Shown piece by piece: positions 9,656 to 18,335 of a stretch of DNA of 64,000 nt; within the stretch, counting starts at the first letter, position 1, and each line of letters opens with the position of its first letter. The notes under the pieces are model-generated. The model was not told where the DNA came from and searched no databases. It worked only from the letters and a program-made list of their open reading frames with translations. Location of the stretch: positions 6,915-70,914 of the forward strand of contig CAWGNJ010000004.1 of assembly GCA_963823915.1 (NCBI GenBank), read 5' to 3'. The stretch is from an uncultured Actinomycetota bacterium. GTDB taxonomy: Bacteria; Actinomycetota; Acidimicrobiia; Spongiisociales; UBA4744. The translations under genes and the position numbers were made by a program.

Positions 9656-10206
9656 GAGCCGTGCAGCGGATCTCCGCGCTCCTCGGTTGGCTGGCCATCC
9701 TCGCCACCGGACTGTTGTTGATCGCCGAAGCAACCGGCATCGCCGGAGGACGATGGAGACACACCGTCGGGGACGTAGCCGAGTGGATAGACCGGTCGAA
9801 CTTGGCGAGGTGGACGGCGGCGCTGCTCGGAGTCCTGATCGGACTGGTAGCTCTCGCCGTGCTGATTGCCCAATTCATCCCCGCGCAACTCACCGGACGT
9901 TCCTCCGTGGTAGATCGAGGCACAGCCGGATCGACCCGGGTCACTGCCGCAGCTATTCGGCGTGCGGTCAGTCAACGCCTGCGTGACCTTCCCGGCGTGG
10001 TCGCTGCCTCTCCCATCGCTCATCGGCGACGCCTAGACATGAGAGTCGAGATCGGTCAAGGAGCCAACGCCGATGCCGTTACCCGGTCGGTACGGGCACA
10101 ACTCGACGAAGAGTTCTGGGGATCCCTCGGAACCGAGGAGATCCCCGTCGACGTGCACCTCACCTACGTACCCGTCGCTGCGCGAACTGAGCAGGAGACA
10201 GCATGA
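9652..10206 (+). CDS. AmaP-like alkaline-shock membrane anchor protein (copy 2)
   Basis: ATGA overlap with the preceding gene and the same architecture as 9131..9655. Confidence 0.55.
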   Translation: MRAVQRISALLGWLAILATGLLLIAEATGIAGGRWRHTVGDVAEWIDRSNLARWTAALLGVLIGLVALAVLIAQFIPAQLTGRSSVVDRGTAGSTRVTAAAIRRAVSQRLRDLPGVVAASPIAHRRRLDMRVEIGQGANADAVTRSVRAQLDEEFWGSLGTEEIPVDVHLTYVPVAARTEQETA

Positions 10207-10379
10207 ACGCAAAGACCTACGGAATGATCATCGGAATCACCCTGGCCGTGATCTGGCACTGGCTCGGCGGGACGGCGGTACTCTGGTCCGTGCTACTCGG
10301 CCTGATGGGCTTCCTCATCGGGTGGGTACTCGAGAACCCGCAGAGCCTGATCAAGGGCCTCCAGCGCCTCGAACGCTGA
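10203..10379 (+). CDS. DUF2273-like small integral membrane protein (58 aa; below the ORF-track cutoff)
   Basis: Manual translation: MNAKTYGMIIGITLAVIWHWLGGTAVLWSVLLGLMGFLIGWVLENPQSLIKGLQRLER*. ATGA overlap with the upstream gene. Two-TM mini-proteins are typical of Asp23 operons. Confidence 0.55.
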   Translation: MNAKTYGMIIGITLAVIWHWLGGTAVLWSVLLGLMGFLIGWVLENPQSLIKGLQRLER

Positions 10380-10522
10380 CATCAGCACCCGACCTGTAGG
10401 AAGGATTCGCTTTGTTGCGAAGCGGAACCCCGGCGCCGGAAGCGGCTCGGCGAAGATGCGGCCCAACGCTGTCACAAGATGATATTCAACTTGCAGTGCT
10501 CGACCTATGAGGATTCGGGACA

Positions 10523-10603
10523 CAACGCAGCTCACACGACAAGACTGAACTCCTCTGCAGCGGAACCCGCGGGGTGAGGGTTCGAGTCTGTCCTCCGCGG
10601 CCC
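10523..10603 (+). ncRNA. Module A1: conserved box (..TCACACGACAAGACTGAACT) plus a tRNA-minihelix-like hairpin
   Basis: At 10568-10600 a 7-bp acceptor-like stem CGCGGGG/CTCCGCG stacks on a T-arm-like hairpin GAGGG-TTCGAGT-CTGTC (G-TTCGAGT-C fits the T-loop consensus). It is homologous to module C at 23977-24054. It lies in a 430-nt non-coding gap between convergent genes. Confidence 0.35.
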
Positions 10604-10687
10604 TAGGGAATGCGGCTGGTTCCCGGATCCCGCTGTATGCGCTGCTGGCCTTACGCCGCGACGGAGTACGACCTGGCGAGTGGCGCC

Positions 10688-10726
10688 GGGCGTGTAGTTA
10701 GTTCCGATATCCCCCCTCCGACACCA
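10688..10726 (+). repeat. Module A2: GCGTGTAGTTAG...CCGATATCCCCCCTCCGACACCA, ending in a tRNA-3'-end-like ..ACCA
   Basis: About 76% identical, without gaps, over about 50 nt (extending into the terminator) to 18296-18345. It shares the exact 13-mer CCCTCCGACACCA with 24042-24054. Confidence 0.4.
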
Positions 10727-10728
10727 AC

Positions 10729-10756
10729 AAACCCCCAGTTCAACGGGGGTTTTCTT
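10729..10756. terminator. Intrinsic terminator hairpin, potentially bidirectional
   Basis: aaaCCCCCagttcaacGGGGGttttctt. The U-tract is on the + strand and an A-tract/TTTGTT on the - strand, downstream of the convergent gene ending at 10810. Confidence 0.6.
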
Positions 10757-10809
10757 ATTCTCTTCCAGAGGGTTTGAATTTGTTGTGTCTGTGGGGTCGA
10801 AACTCTTTG

Positions 10810-11562
10810 TCATGGTGCCGGGTTGATGGGATCGCCTGGGTTCCAGGCTCCGAACCCTCCTATCGGGTCGGGTGGGCAGAGGTCATAGAGTTCCTGGAAA
10901 TCCAGATTGGACGTTACCGAGAGCGGGTAGTCGTCGTGCTCGAAGTTACCTTGGAGGGCGATGAGTTCTTCCAGGGTCGGATACCTCTCGTAGACGTACC
11001 CGTACTCAGCGGCGCAGTCCCGCCAAGCGAGCTGGTAGGAATAGACCTCCTCCCACATGGCCCTCGTTCTGGGTACCGATTTGGGGAAGTGAAGACCCTC
11101 GTAACAGGCTATTGCGGTGGCCATCCCCATCTGTCGTCGTTCAGTGGGGAGCAGGTAGAGGTTGAACCCCTCCCGCTCGTCGACTCCGTCTCCGAATCCG
11201 TGGTCGATGACGCACTGGGTCTTCAGGCGATCCAGCCAACCCAAATCGAGGTCGAATCGTTCCTGAGGGGTGATATCGGAGAAGTCGGCGTACCCCTCCA
11301 TGGGTGGCAACAGGAATGGTCGACCCTGGCTGTCGACCGGCCCGAAATACTCGCCGTGTAGATCATCGAACAGACCCAACCGGCGGGCACGTTCCTCGAT
11401 TGTTAGGTCCTCAAGATTGGTGGTCGACGGAGACTCGGAAATCGTTGTGGAACCTTCTGGCGAGGTCGTGGTGGACGGTGAATTGGTTGCGGTCACCTCG
11501 CTTGATCCCGACCCGCATGCTGCCAGCACCAGGACGCCAGCCACCAACACCGCTTTGGCCAT
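10810..11562 (-). CDS. Hypothetical lipoprotein with Ser/Thr-rich linker
   Basis: The internal start gives MAKAVLVAGVLVLAACGSGSS (lipobox LAAC), then a TSP-rich linker and a Cys-containing globular domain. Confidence 0.6.
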   Translation of the reverse strand: MAKAVLVAGVLVLAACGSGSSEVTATNSPSTTTSPEGSTTISESPSTTNLEDLTIEERARRLGLFDDLHGEYFGPVDSQGRPFLLPPMEGYADFSDITPQERFDLDLGWLDRLKTQCVIDHGFGDGVDEREGFNLYLLPTERRQMGMATAIACYEGLHFPKSVPRTRAMWEEVYSYQLAWRDCAAEYGYVYERYPTLEELIALQGNFEHDDYPLSVTSNLDFQELYDLCPPDPIGGFGAWNPGDPINPAP

Positions 11563-11943
11563 TGACGGCGGGTGACTTCTCCAGAGTCCAGATTCCACGG
11601 GCACTTCTCTCCAAAGCTACATCGGCTGGAGACACTCTCCGGCAAACAACCTGAAGCGATATCCTTATCCGGTCGCGGGCTAGCGCCCGCCGACACAGGT
11701 ACGAAGGCGACCGTCCGACCCTCCTAGGTCTCCCAATCCTCAAGCCGCCACTCCGGGTGGTCGTCTCTTGACGAGAGTCCTCCGACACTGAGAAAACCCC
11801 AGGCCAGATGCCCACGGATGACCGCGGGTAGGCGGTTCAGTAGCGACCAACAGGCGGTCATACACCCAGGTCTCCCAGCCGTTCTCCGCCAAGGACGTGC
11901 GCCCAATCGGCGCGCCGCTCGACGCCTTCGGCAAGTGTGGTGA

Positions 11944-12975
11944 TCACTTGGCCTGGCGGCGGATATGCGCTTCCTCCGCCCAGCCCTCGAGGACTCCGTC
12001 GGGGTCGGTGACTCGGGCCCAGGCACCCTCCTCGCTCACCAACAGGTACCAGGTACCCGGTTGCAGGCTGCCCACTACGGCTGTGGTGTCGCGCAGACCA
12101 CGCACCTCGACGGGGTCGAGAACGTAGACCCATTCGGCGGCGGTTGTCAGCGGTTCGGGTGGCGGGGGTTTGGGTTGTGGGGTGGGGGCGTGCGCGATGA
12201 CGTTGGCGGTGGTGGCCGGTGGGGGTGGGGTTGTGTCGACCGGTTGGCCGCATCGGGTGCAGTAGGCGGCCTCGGGATCGAGGGGGTGGTCGCATTCCGA
12301 GCAGGCCGCTGCTCGGGGCGTGCCGCATTGGGCGCAGAAGGCGGCGTCGGCGGCGAGTGTTGTGCTGCAGTTGGCACAGGCGCGCACGCTGGGGTCGGCC
12401 TGAGCTCGGGCAGCGGCGTGGGTCCTGATGGCGTCGATGAGGTCCCAGAAGCGGGGTTCCCGGGGGGAGGTGTCGGCGAGATCCTCGAGGAGGTCGAGGG
12501 CGTCCTGGTAGCGGCCTGCTTCTTGGAGGACCCGGGAGGTGATGATCCACAGCGCCGGTGCTACCTGGCCCCGCTCGGCGAACCAGCGCACCGCGGCGAG
12601 CAGGTGGAGGAGGGCGTCGAAACGGCGGCCCTCGTCCCACAGAGCGGTGCCGAGGTGGGAGCGCAAGGTGACGTTGTCGGGTTCGTGGGCGAGGCCCAGC
12701 TCGAGCAGTTCGATGGCGGGCGCGAATTCGCCACCTTTCAAGAGCTCGAATGCCCCCAAAAAGGCCAGGGCGGCAACTGCTCGATCGAAGAGCGGCCCCT
12801 TGGGGTCATCCGGGCCGGCGTCGATGCGGTACCGGGAGACATCGATGGCCATCGCCGCCGGGTCGACGATACCCTGCTCGAATAGGGCCGCGGTCTCGTC
12901 CGACACCGGGAGCGGGACGCTGGGCAGTCCGGCTTTGTGTTGCAGAGGCTCGGAGGGTTGGATCCACACCGTCAT
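11944..12975 (-). CDS. TPR-like N-domain + double zinc-ribbon + Pro-rich linker + SH3-like C-domain protein
   Basis: 343 aa. Contains CANCSTTLAADAAFCAQCG and CSECDHPLDPEAAYCTRCG, then PPPPATT..PKPPPPEP, then WVYVLDPVEVRGLRD..GTWYLLVSEEGAWARV. Its start overlaps the stop of the upstream giant gene by 4 nt (12972-12975). Confidence 0.65.
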   Translation of the reverse strand: MTVWIQPSEPLQHKAGLPSVPLPVSDETAALFEQGIVDPAAMAIDVSRYRIDAGPDDPKGPLFDRAVAALAFLGAFELLKGGEFAPAIELLELGLAHEPDNVTLRSHLGTALWDEGRRFDALLHLLAAVRWFAERGQVAPALWIITSRVLQEAGRYQDALDLLEDLADTSPREPRFWDLIDAIRTHAAARAQADPSVRACANCSTTLAADAAFCAQCGTPRAAACSECDHPLDPEAAYCTRCGQPVDTTPPPPATTANVIAHAPTPQPKPPPPEPLTTAAEWVYVLDPVEVRGLRDTTAVVGSLQPGTWYLLVSEEGAWARVTDPDGVLEGWAEEAHIRRQAK

Positions 12976-15900
12976 AGCGTCGGGTTGTAGTCGAGCAACA
13001 TCCGACGGGTGGCGTCGACGAACTCTGTCTCTGTCATACGCAGCTGCTGCAGGATCCGGGCGGACTCCCGGGGATTGTTACGGATCGCGGTCGATGCCTG
13101 CACCAGGGCCGGGTTGGCCATCGGCTGACCAGATCGAGCTGCGATGTAAGCAGCCCGATCCGCGGCCTTGGCCAGAGATTTGGCGTCTGTGTACTTGGCG
13201 GCGGCTTTGAGTTGCTCGTCGAGCAGCGGACGCATCTCACGGGAGGAGATCCGGGTCGGGTCGGCCGGCCAGTTGTCGACTTTGTCAAGGGGGATTTGCC
13301 CATAGCGGGACCCAGTAGCTGCCTCGTCGAAAGTCCTGACAGCCTCCAACTCGTTCTGGTCGATGATGGCCTGACCCGACGTGGAGTAGCGGGAGACGCT
13401 GCCGTCGGCGCGGGGCGTGTACACCTGGGTGGAGCCCTGGATGCTCTGCCGGGAATTCGTATATCCCCTCGGGTAGGCGTCGCCCGGCCCGGCCCCGGAC
13501 CCGAACCCCGAGTAGGAGTCCATGTCCATGTCCTTTGCGGTCAGGCGCCGCGCCGCCGCCGCCGGGTTGTCGCGACCCTGCCGCTGCAGATCAGCCACCG
13601 CTTCCTGGAGCGAGACGTCGTTCTGGCGGGCGTACCTCACGGCGGGGTCGGTGGGGTCGTTCAACGCCAGCTCCGCATTGCGTTTTTGCATCCGAGTGAA
13701 CTCTCTCTGCATGTCGGCGGCCGCGTCCGCCGGATTGTCGAACCCGTGGCGCCGTTGCCACATAGCCACGTCGCCATCGCTGAACGAGGTGACGATGGTG
13801 CGATCGGCGTCGGTCATCACCGACCGGCCCGGTCCCACCGAGCCGCTGTTGCCCACCATCACCTTTTTGGGACGCACGCCGTGCCGGGCGGCGAAGTCGT
13901 CGATGCTGTCCACGGCGCCTCTGCGGATGGCACCCTCGGTGATCTCGTCGTGGACCGCCACGAGCCGGTTGGCCGTGGCATTGTCGAGGCCCCCGGCCGC
14001 TTCCAGCCTGCCCGCGCGTTTCATGCCGTCGCCCTGGAAGATCTGCCGCCGGGCCAGGTCTTCGCTGCCGTCCAGAGCGGTATCGATGGTTCGTCGCACG
14101 TCGGCCAGATCGGGTTCGAGGTTCGCCGCCACTGCCCGAGCGGTGTCCCGAGCTGCGTCGGTGGCATCGAGGGCCCGGTCGGCAACGCGGACAGTGTCGG
14201 CGGCGGCGTCGGCGGCGTCCAGGGCCCGGTCGGCCACTCTGGCCGCATCAACGAGATCATCGGCGACCGCCAGGGCGCGGCCGGCCCCGGCGGTGGCCAG
14301 GGTGAGACCGACGTCGACTAGTCCCATTCCCAGCGAAGTCAGCCGCTGCCCCAGGGTCCGCTCCCCGTCGATCGCGTCGGAGAAGTCCTGTATCGGGGTG
14401 AGCATCTTCACGAACCCCACCGGGTCGTTCACGGCCGCTTGGGCAATCGCGCCCCCAACCCGAGAGACCCCGGAGGCGGCGTCGCTGACGCTCTCGGCGG
14501 CGTCCCCGAAGGCACCACCGGCAGCTGCTCCGGCGACGTCGTAAATCGTTTCGGCGGCGGTCTCGCCGAGGACCCGCCAATTCTCCCAAGTGGTCGCCTC
14601 GTCATACGCCACGTCGAGCCCTTGACGGGTCGCGATCCCTGCGTCCCGGACCAGATCGGGGATGCTCTCCACTTCGGTCAATATGCCGGCTTTGGTGTCG
14701 TCACTGACGCTGTCCCACCATTCGTCGAGTGCCGCCTGCTGCTCCGCCTCCGCCGCCTCCAGACGCTCGCCCGCCGCCTGGCGTCGCTCGTCCCAGGTCT
14801 CGTTGGCTGCGATCCGCGCCCGCCCCGCCCGGATCTCCTCCAGCATCTCGGCGTCCCGTTCCCGGGACCGCCCGGTCAAGTCACCGAACCGCGCCGCCGC
14901 CGCCTCGTCGCTGTCGCGCTCGGCAATGATGGAGTCGACACGGTCCTGCTGGGCCTGCCGCTCCGCCACCAGGTCCCGGTTCCAGTCGTCCAGCAGGGCC
15001 GGCGCCTCAGACGGGTCTACCCAGTGGCCGTCGCCACCATCCCACGGCCAGAACACCATCCCGGTCCCCGGGTCGACCTCGAGCGGCTGCTGGTCGTATG
15101 GGTCGATGAACGGTCCCGTTGGCGCCTGGGGCGGCACCGCACTGGATCCGCCTCCGAGTCCACCCAGGATCTCGGCGATCTGGCCAGAGGCTTCGGCCAT
15201 AGTGATGGCGCCGATCGCAGCGGCGGCGATCAGTCCGGCAACTGCCTGCGCTGCTGCTTCCTCGGGTTCGATGGGTGGGTCGGAGCTCGTCCCGGACTCC
15301 GGGCCTGTTACGGTCGTAGCCTCCGTAGTTACGCTGACGGGCTGCGTGTCGGTCGTAGTCGTCGTGGTGGGACCGGGGGGAGTCGGCTCCGCACTTGCCG
15401 AGAGGTCTTCGATGTTGACGACCGTCTCGATCATCGGTTCGATGATCTCCTCGATGAGCGTGACCGGGCGGCGATAGCCATCCGGCCCCTTATCGCCCAG
15501 ATCAAACCCAAGGTTGTCACCGACGCCGTAGAGAAGGAATGGACCCGAGACCGCGATGACCCGGTCGTCGACGCCGCCGACACTCCACCAGCCGCCGGTC
15601 AGCCCGAACTCAGCCAGGCTTCCCACGTTGTACGTGGTGGTCGGGTCGTCCAGGACGGAGCCGTTCTCCGCCCAGTCCTGGTACCACGCCTGCCGCGGCT
15701 TCGATTTCGATCTCGAACTGGTTGCGAGCGTCGGCGGGGGATGCAAAAAGGAATACCGCGATGACGTGATCCAGAGCTGTGTAGTCGTAGAAACCTTGAG
15801 AGGCGCAGCCGGCAATCGCCGAGTCGATGGGCGCCAGTGTCAGCTCGAAAAAGAATCCGTTATCGAGGCCGGGGGAGGGGGACCGGTCCGTCGGCGTTAG

Positions 15901-16482
15901 CGAACAGATCTCCTCGTCGGTGAGGCTGACCTCCTGGGCCGCAGCCGGTGTCACGGTGCCTGCGATCGCCGCCACGCTGGGAAGCATGAGGGCGGTGACG
16001 GCCGCCGCTACGCCGGCGCCGGCCAGGGTTCGTTTCATGGGGCCGGTGCGGCCAACCATGAGGCCGATGCCCAAACAGGCGCTAAACCAGGCGAGCGTCT
16101 GGCCGAGGCGCACGGTGCCGGTGCGTGACGCCAGTCCAGCAACCTGCATAGTGACGATCCCAGCACCCCACAGTACGACACCCAAGGGGCTGCGTCTGGC
16201 GTAAAGACCGCGCTCCTCGCGGTTGATCTTGAGTGTCAACCCCTGGGCGAAACCGAGGGCGAGACCGGCCAGGACTGCGACGATGAACGCCACGGTTGTC
16301 GTGTTGATCCTCGTTACGGCCGCCATGACGATGATGGCAGCAATCCCGATTGCGGCTCGGGTCAAGTCGAAACCGGGCCGGATCTTGCTCTTCTTGCGAG
16401 CGAAGATCACGGCGAACGTCAGTGACGCAACGGTGAGCACGATCGATCCGATCGTTACCGCTCGCGCCAACCCTTCCCCCAA
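12972..16482 (-). CDS. Roughly 1170-aa multidomain membrane/secreted protein: polytopic TM N-module, extracytoplasmic domain, PT-linker, Ala/Asp/Arg coiled-coil region, C-terminal Pol-beta-NTase-like region. One frameshift near 15695
   Basis: GGGAGGAGG lies 7 nt upstream of the TTG start at 16482. ORF 15610..16482 (5 TM helices plus a signal-like MKRTLAGAGVAAAVTALMLPSVAAIAGTVTPAAAQ at 16038) has no stop before it overlaps ORF 12972..15815. The sense junction is ..NQFEIEIEAA|AWYQDWAENGSVLDD. Confidence 0.6.
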
Positions 16483-16651
16483 GGGCGACCTCCTCCCGCG
16501 ACTTCCGGAGAGCCGTTACCGGTGACGCCTCCACACTACATGGTGCCTGTGCGCCGGGAGACCGCAGCGAGGGGACGACCTTGCCGCCTTGCATCGCAGC
16601 GTGACGCGTCTCCCGATCCACCCGTTGTGGTGGGGACAGACAGGCAGACCT

Positions 16652-18139
16652 CTAGCGAGCGACCATCACCGTCAGCTCGGAGAACCCGGATCCCGAGGGA
16701 TTCTCGTGCCCTTCGAGGAGGATGCGCACCGACCGTCCGATGACGTCGGGCTCGACGAGGACGTTGGGGTCCGGTGTCCCCGGCAATTCGACACGCTCCT
16801 CGTAGATAATCTCGTCTGAATCGTCGATGATCTGGATCGTCACGGCGGCGAAGCCGTGATCCGTGCGGCGACGGACGGTGGCATGATCCGCGTTGGAGAC
16901 TATCGCCACGGCGCCGATGAACTCGTCCCGGGTTCCCGTCCACTCGAACGTGGAGAACGGGCCGTCGCCGCTCGACGAGATCCACGACGTGGTCACGTCG
17001 CCATCGACCGACTTGGCTGCGGCGTACGAGCCACATAGGCGGGACGACGCCGTCACGGTGCCTTCCCCGGTCGCGTCGTGGTTGGCGACAGGAAGCGTGG
17101 TCGTTGTTGTGCTCGTCGTGGTGGCGGCTGTGGTCGTGGTCGCAACTGTGGTTGTTGTAGGTATGGTCGTGCTCGTCGTCAATTCCCCCTCTGCCGTCAG
17201 AATGGCGTCGGAGTCTCCGGTGACATCCGAGCCTATGGGCCTGACGAACGGCTCACCGGTGGCGGTGTCCTGCAACACGAACCGGGTGAGGGGTTCGTCG
17301 CACGGCTCGATTTGAACGACGGCCGCTGGATCGAATCCCGGCCAAGCCACTCCGACATAGGTTGGCGTCACCACGGCGACCGGGAGGCTCAAAGGACTGC
17401 CCGACTCGCACCGCACCCGAGGTTCACCGGTCGCCGCCACGAGGACGGCCATTCCCTGCTGCAATATTGCCTGTCGAGGAACGGGGCTTCCTTCGTCGAG
17501 AACGTGCGTTGTTACCCGTACGTCCTGAGTGAGGATCATCGAAGTCAGGCCGGCGACGAAATCCATAACCTCCTCAGGCTCGATTCCCTGTACCTCCGCC
17601 CAGGCCTGCGAGACGGCCGGTTCCCCAGTGAGGTGACGTCGGAGAATGTCGGTGTCACAAACCGAGATCCCGCGTGCGCTTCCATAGTTGAGCTCATCCG
17701 ACCCCTTCACGTGAGCCACCTCAGCGGCATCCGCCAACGTAAGGGTGGAGGGCGGTCCCGGTGCCTCGGGTGTGGATATCGAAGCGAGCAGGTTTGGTGT
17801 GAAGGCGTGCTCGACCACGCCGACGGGCTCTAGGTAGACCTCGTTCGGCGGGAACGTCAGGGGATTCTTGGAGCCCTGGATGGCAATCCACCCGCCGACT
17901 CCACCGACCAGCACGACCACGGCGAGGGCCGCTGGAAGCCAGCTTCGGTCTCTCTTTCCCGAGGGAGGAGGCGGCCCGGGCGGTGCAGGAGGGGGCGGTT
18001 CCGGTGACAGGGGGGGAGGCAGTGGGGCGACGGGAACCGCCAGGGGAGTTCCGCAGGTGACGCAAAAACGGTCGGCGGCGCTCACCGCCTCCCTGCAATT
18101 CGGGCACCTCAGCTCCACCGGCCACTCCCCATCTTCCAA
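16652..18139 (-). CDS. Zn-ribbon / Pro-rich / single-TM anchored protein with an extracytoplasmic domain, Thr-rich linker and C-terminal discoidin (F5/8 type C)-like domain
   Basis: 495 aa. Contains CPNCREAVSAADRFCVTCG, then PPLSPEPPPPAPPGPPPP, then the TM helix LPAALAVVVLVGGVGGWIAI, then TTSTTIPTTTTVATTTTAATTTSTTTTT. The C-terminus (..SWISSSGDGPFSTFEWTG...VRILLEG) resembles a galactose-binding-like fold. Confidence 0.6.
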   Translation of the reverse strand: MEDGEWPVELRCPNCREAVSAADRFCVTCGTPLAVPVAPLPPPLSPEPPPPAPPGPPPPSGKRDRSWLPAALAVVVLVGGVGGWIAIQGSKNPLTFPPNEVYLEPVGVVEHAFTPNLLASISTPEAPGPPSTLTLADAAEVAHVKGSDELNYGSARGISVCDTDILRRHLTGEPAVSQAWAEVQGIEPEEVMDFVAGLTSMILTQDVRVTTHVLDEGSPVPRQAILQQGMAVLVAATGEPRVRCESGSPLSLPVAVVTPTYVGVAWPGFDPAAVVQIEPCDEPLTRFVLQDTATGEPFVRPIGSDVTGDSDAILTAEGELTTSTTIPTTTTVATTTTAATTTSTTTTTLPVANHDATGEGTVTASSRLCGSYAAAKSVDGDVTTSWISSSGDGPFSTFEWTGTRDEFIGAVAIVSNADHATVRRRTDHGFAAVTIQIIDDSDEIIYEERVELPGTPDPNVLVEPDVIGRSVRILLEGHENPSGSGFSELTVMVAR

Positions 18140-18290
18140 CCGTACCAGCGGCGCAGCAGCCGGGTGGCTTCGAGGCGGAGAGGGCCCAGCGATCGTGACG
18201 GACTCGACCCCGTGGGTATGACAAGGGTCCGACGACTCTATCCAGGCGACTCGATATACGGATCAAACGGCGCGCAGCTAGGCCTCCCAG

Positions 18291-18332
18291 GGGTCGCGTG
18301 TACTTGGGGTTGAAGTCGCTCCTCCGACACAA
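18291..18332 (+). repeat. Module B: degenerate copy of the minihelix/CCUCCGACAC module
   Basis: GGGTCGCGTGTACTTGGGGTTGAAGTCGCTCCTCCGACACAA. It has a T-loop-like GTTGAAGTC and a partial acceptor pairing GTCG../..CGAC. It is homologous to 10688-10726 and lies in a divergent intergenic region. Confidence 0.4.
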
Positions 18333-18335
18333 ACA

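Noticed and set aside
10704-10716. CCGATATCCCCC at 10704-10716 is the reverse complement of GGGGGATATCGG at 23957-23968; possible terminal inverted repeats of a 13-kb element
   Set aside because: A single 12-mer inverted match is expected many times by chance in 64 kb. There is no transposase, and no target-site duplication is visible.
10380-10760. Possible tmRNA (ssrA) or canonical tRNA gene: length of about 350 nt, ..ACCA end followed by a terminator, GGATTCG and GGGAATGC segments
   Set aside because: There is no ..GCUCCACCA 3' end and no G3:U70 acceptor pair. No 5' strand is complementary to CTCCGAC in the right place. No alanine-initiated tag ORF ends in a stop. No full cloverleaf can be drawn. 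It is kept only as an unclassified tRNA-like RNA candidate.
13212-15764. Plus-strand ORFs of 369, 340, 441 and 271 aa
   Set aside because: They are antisense to the giant minus-strand gene. Their composition is low-complexity and rich in R, P, G and S, with no motifs. They are high-GC shadow ORFs.
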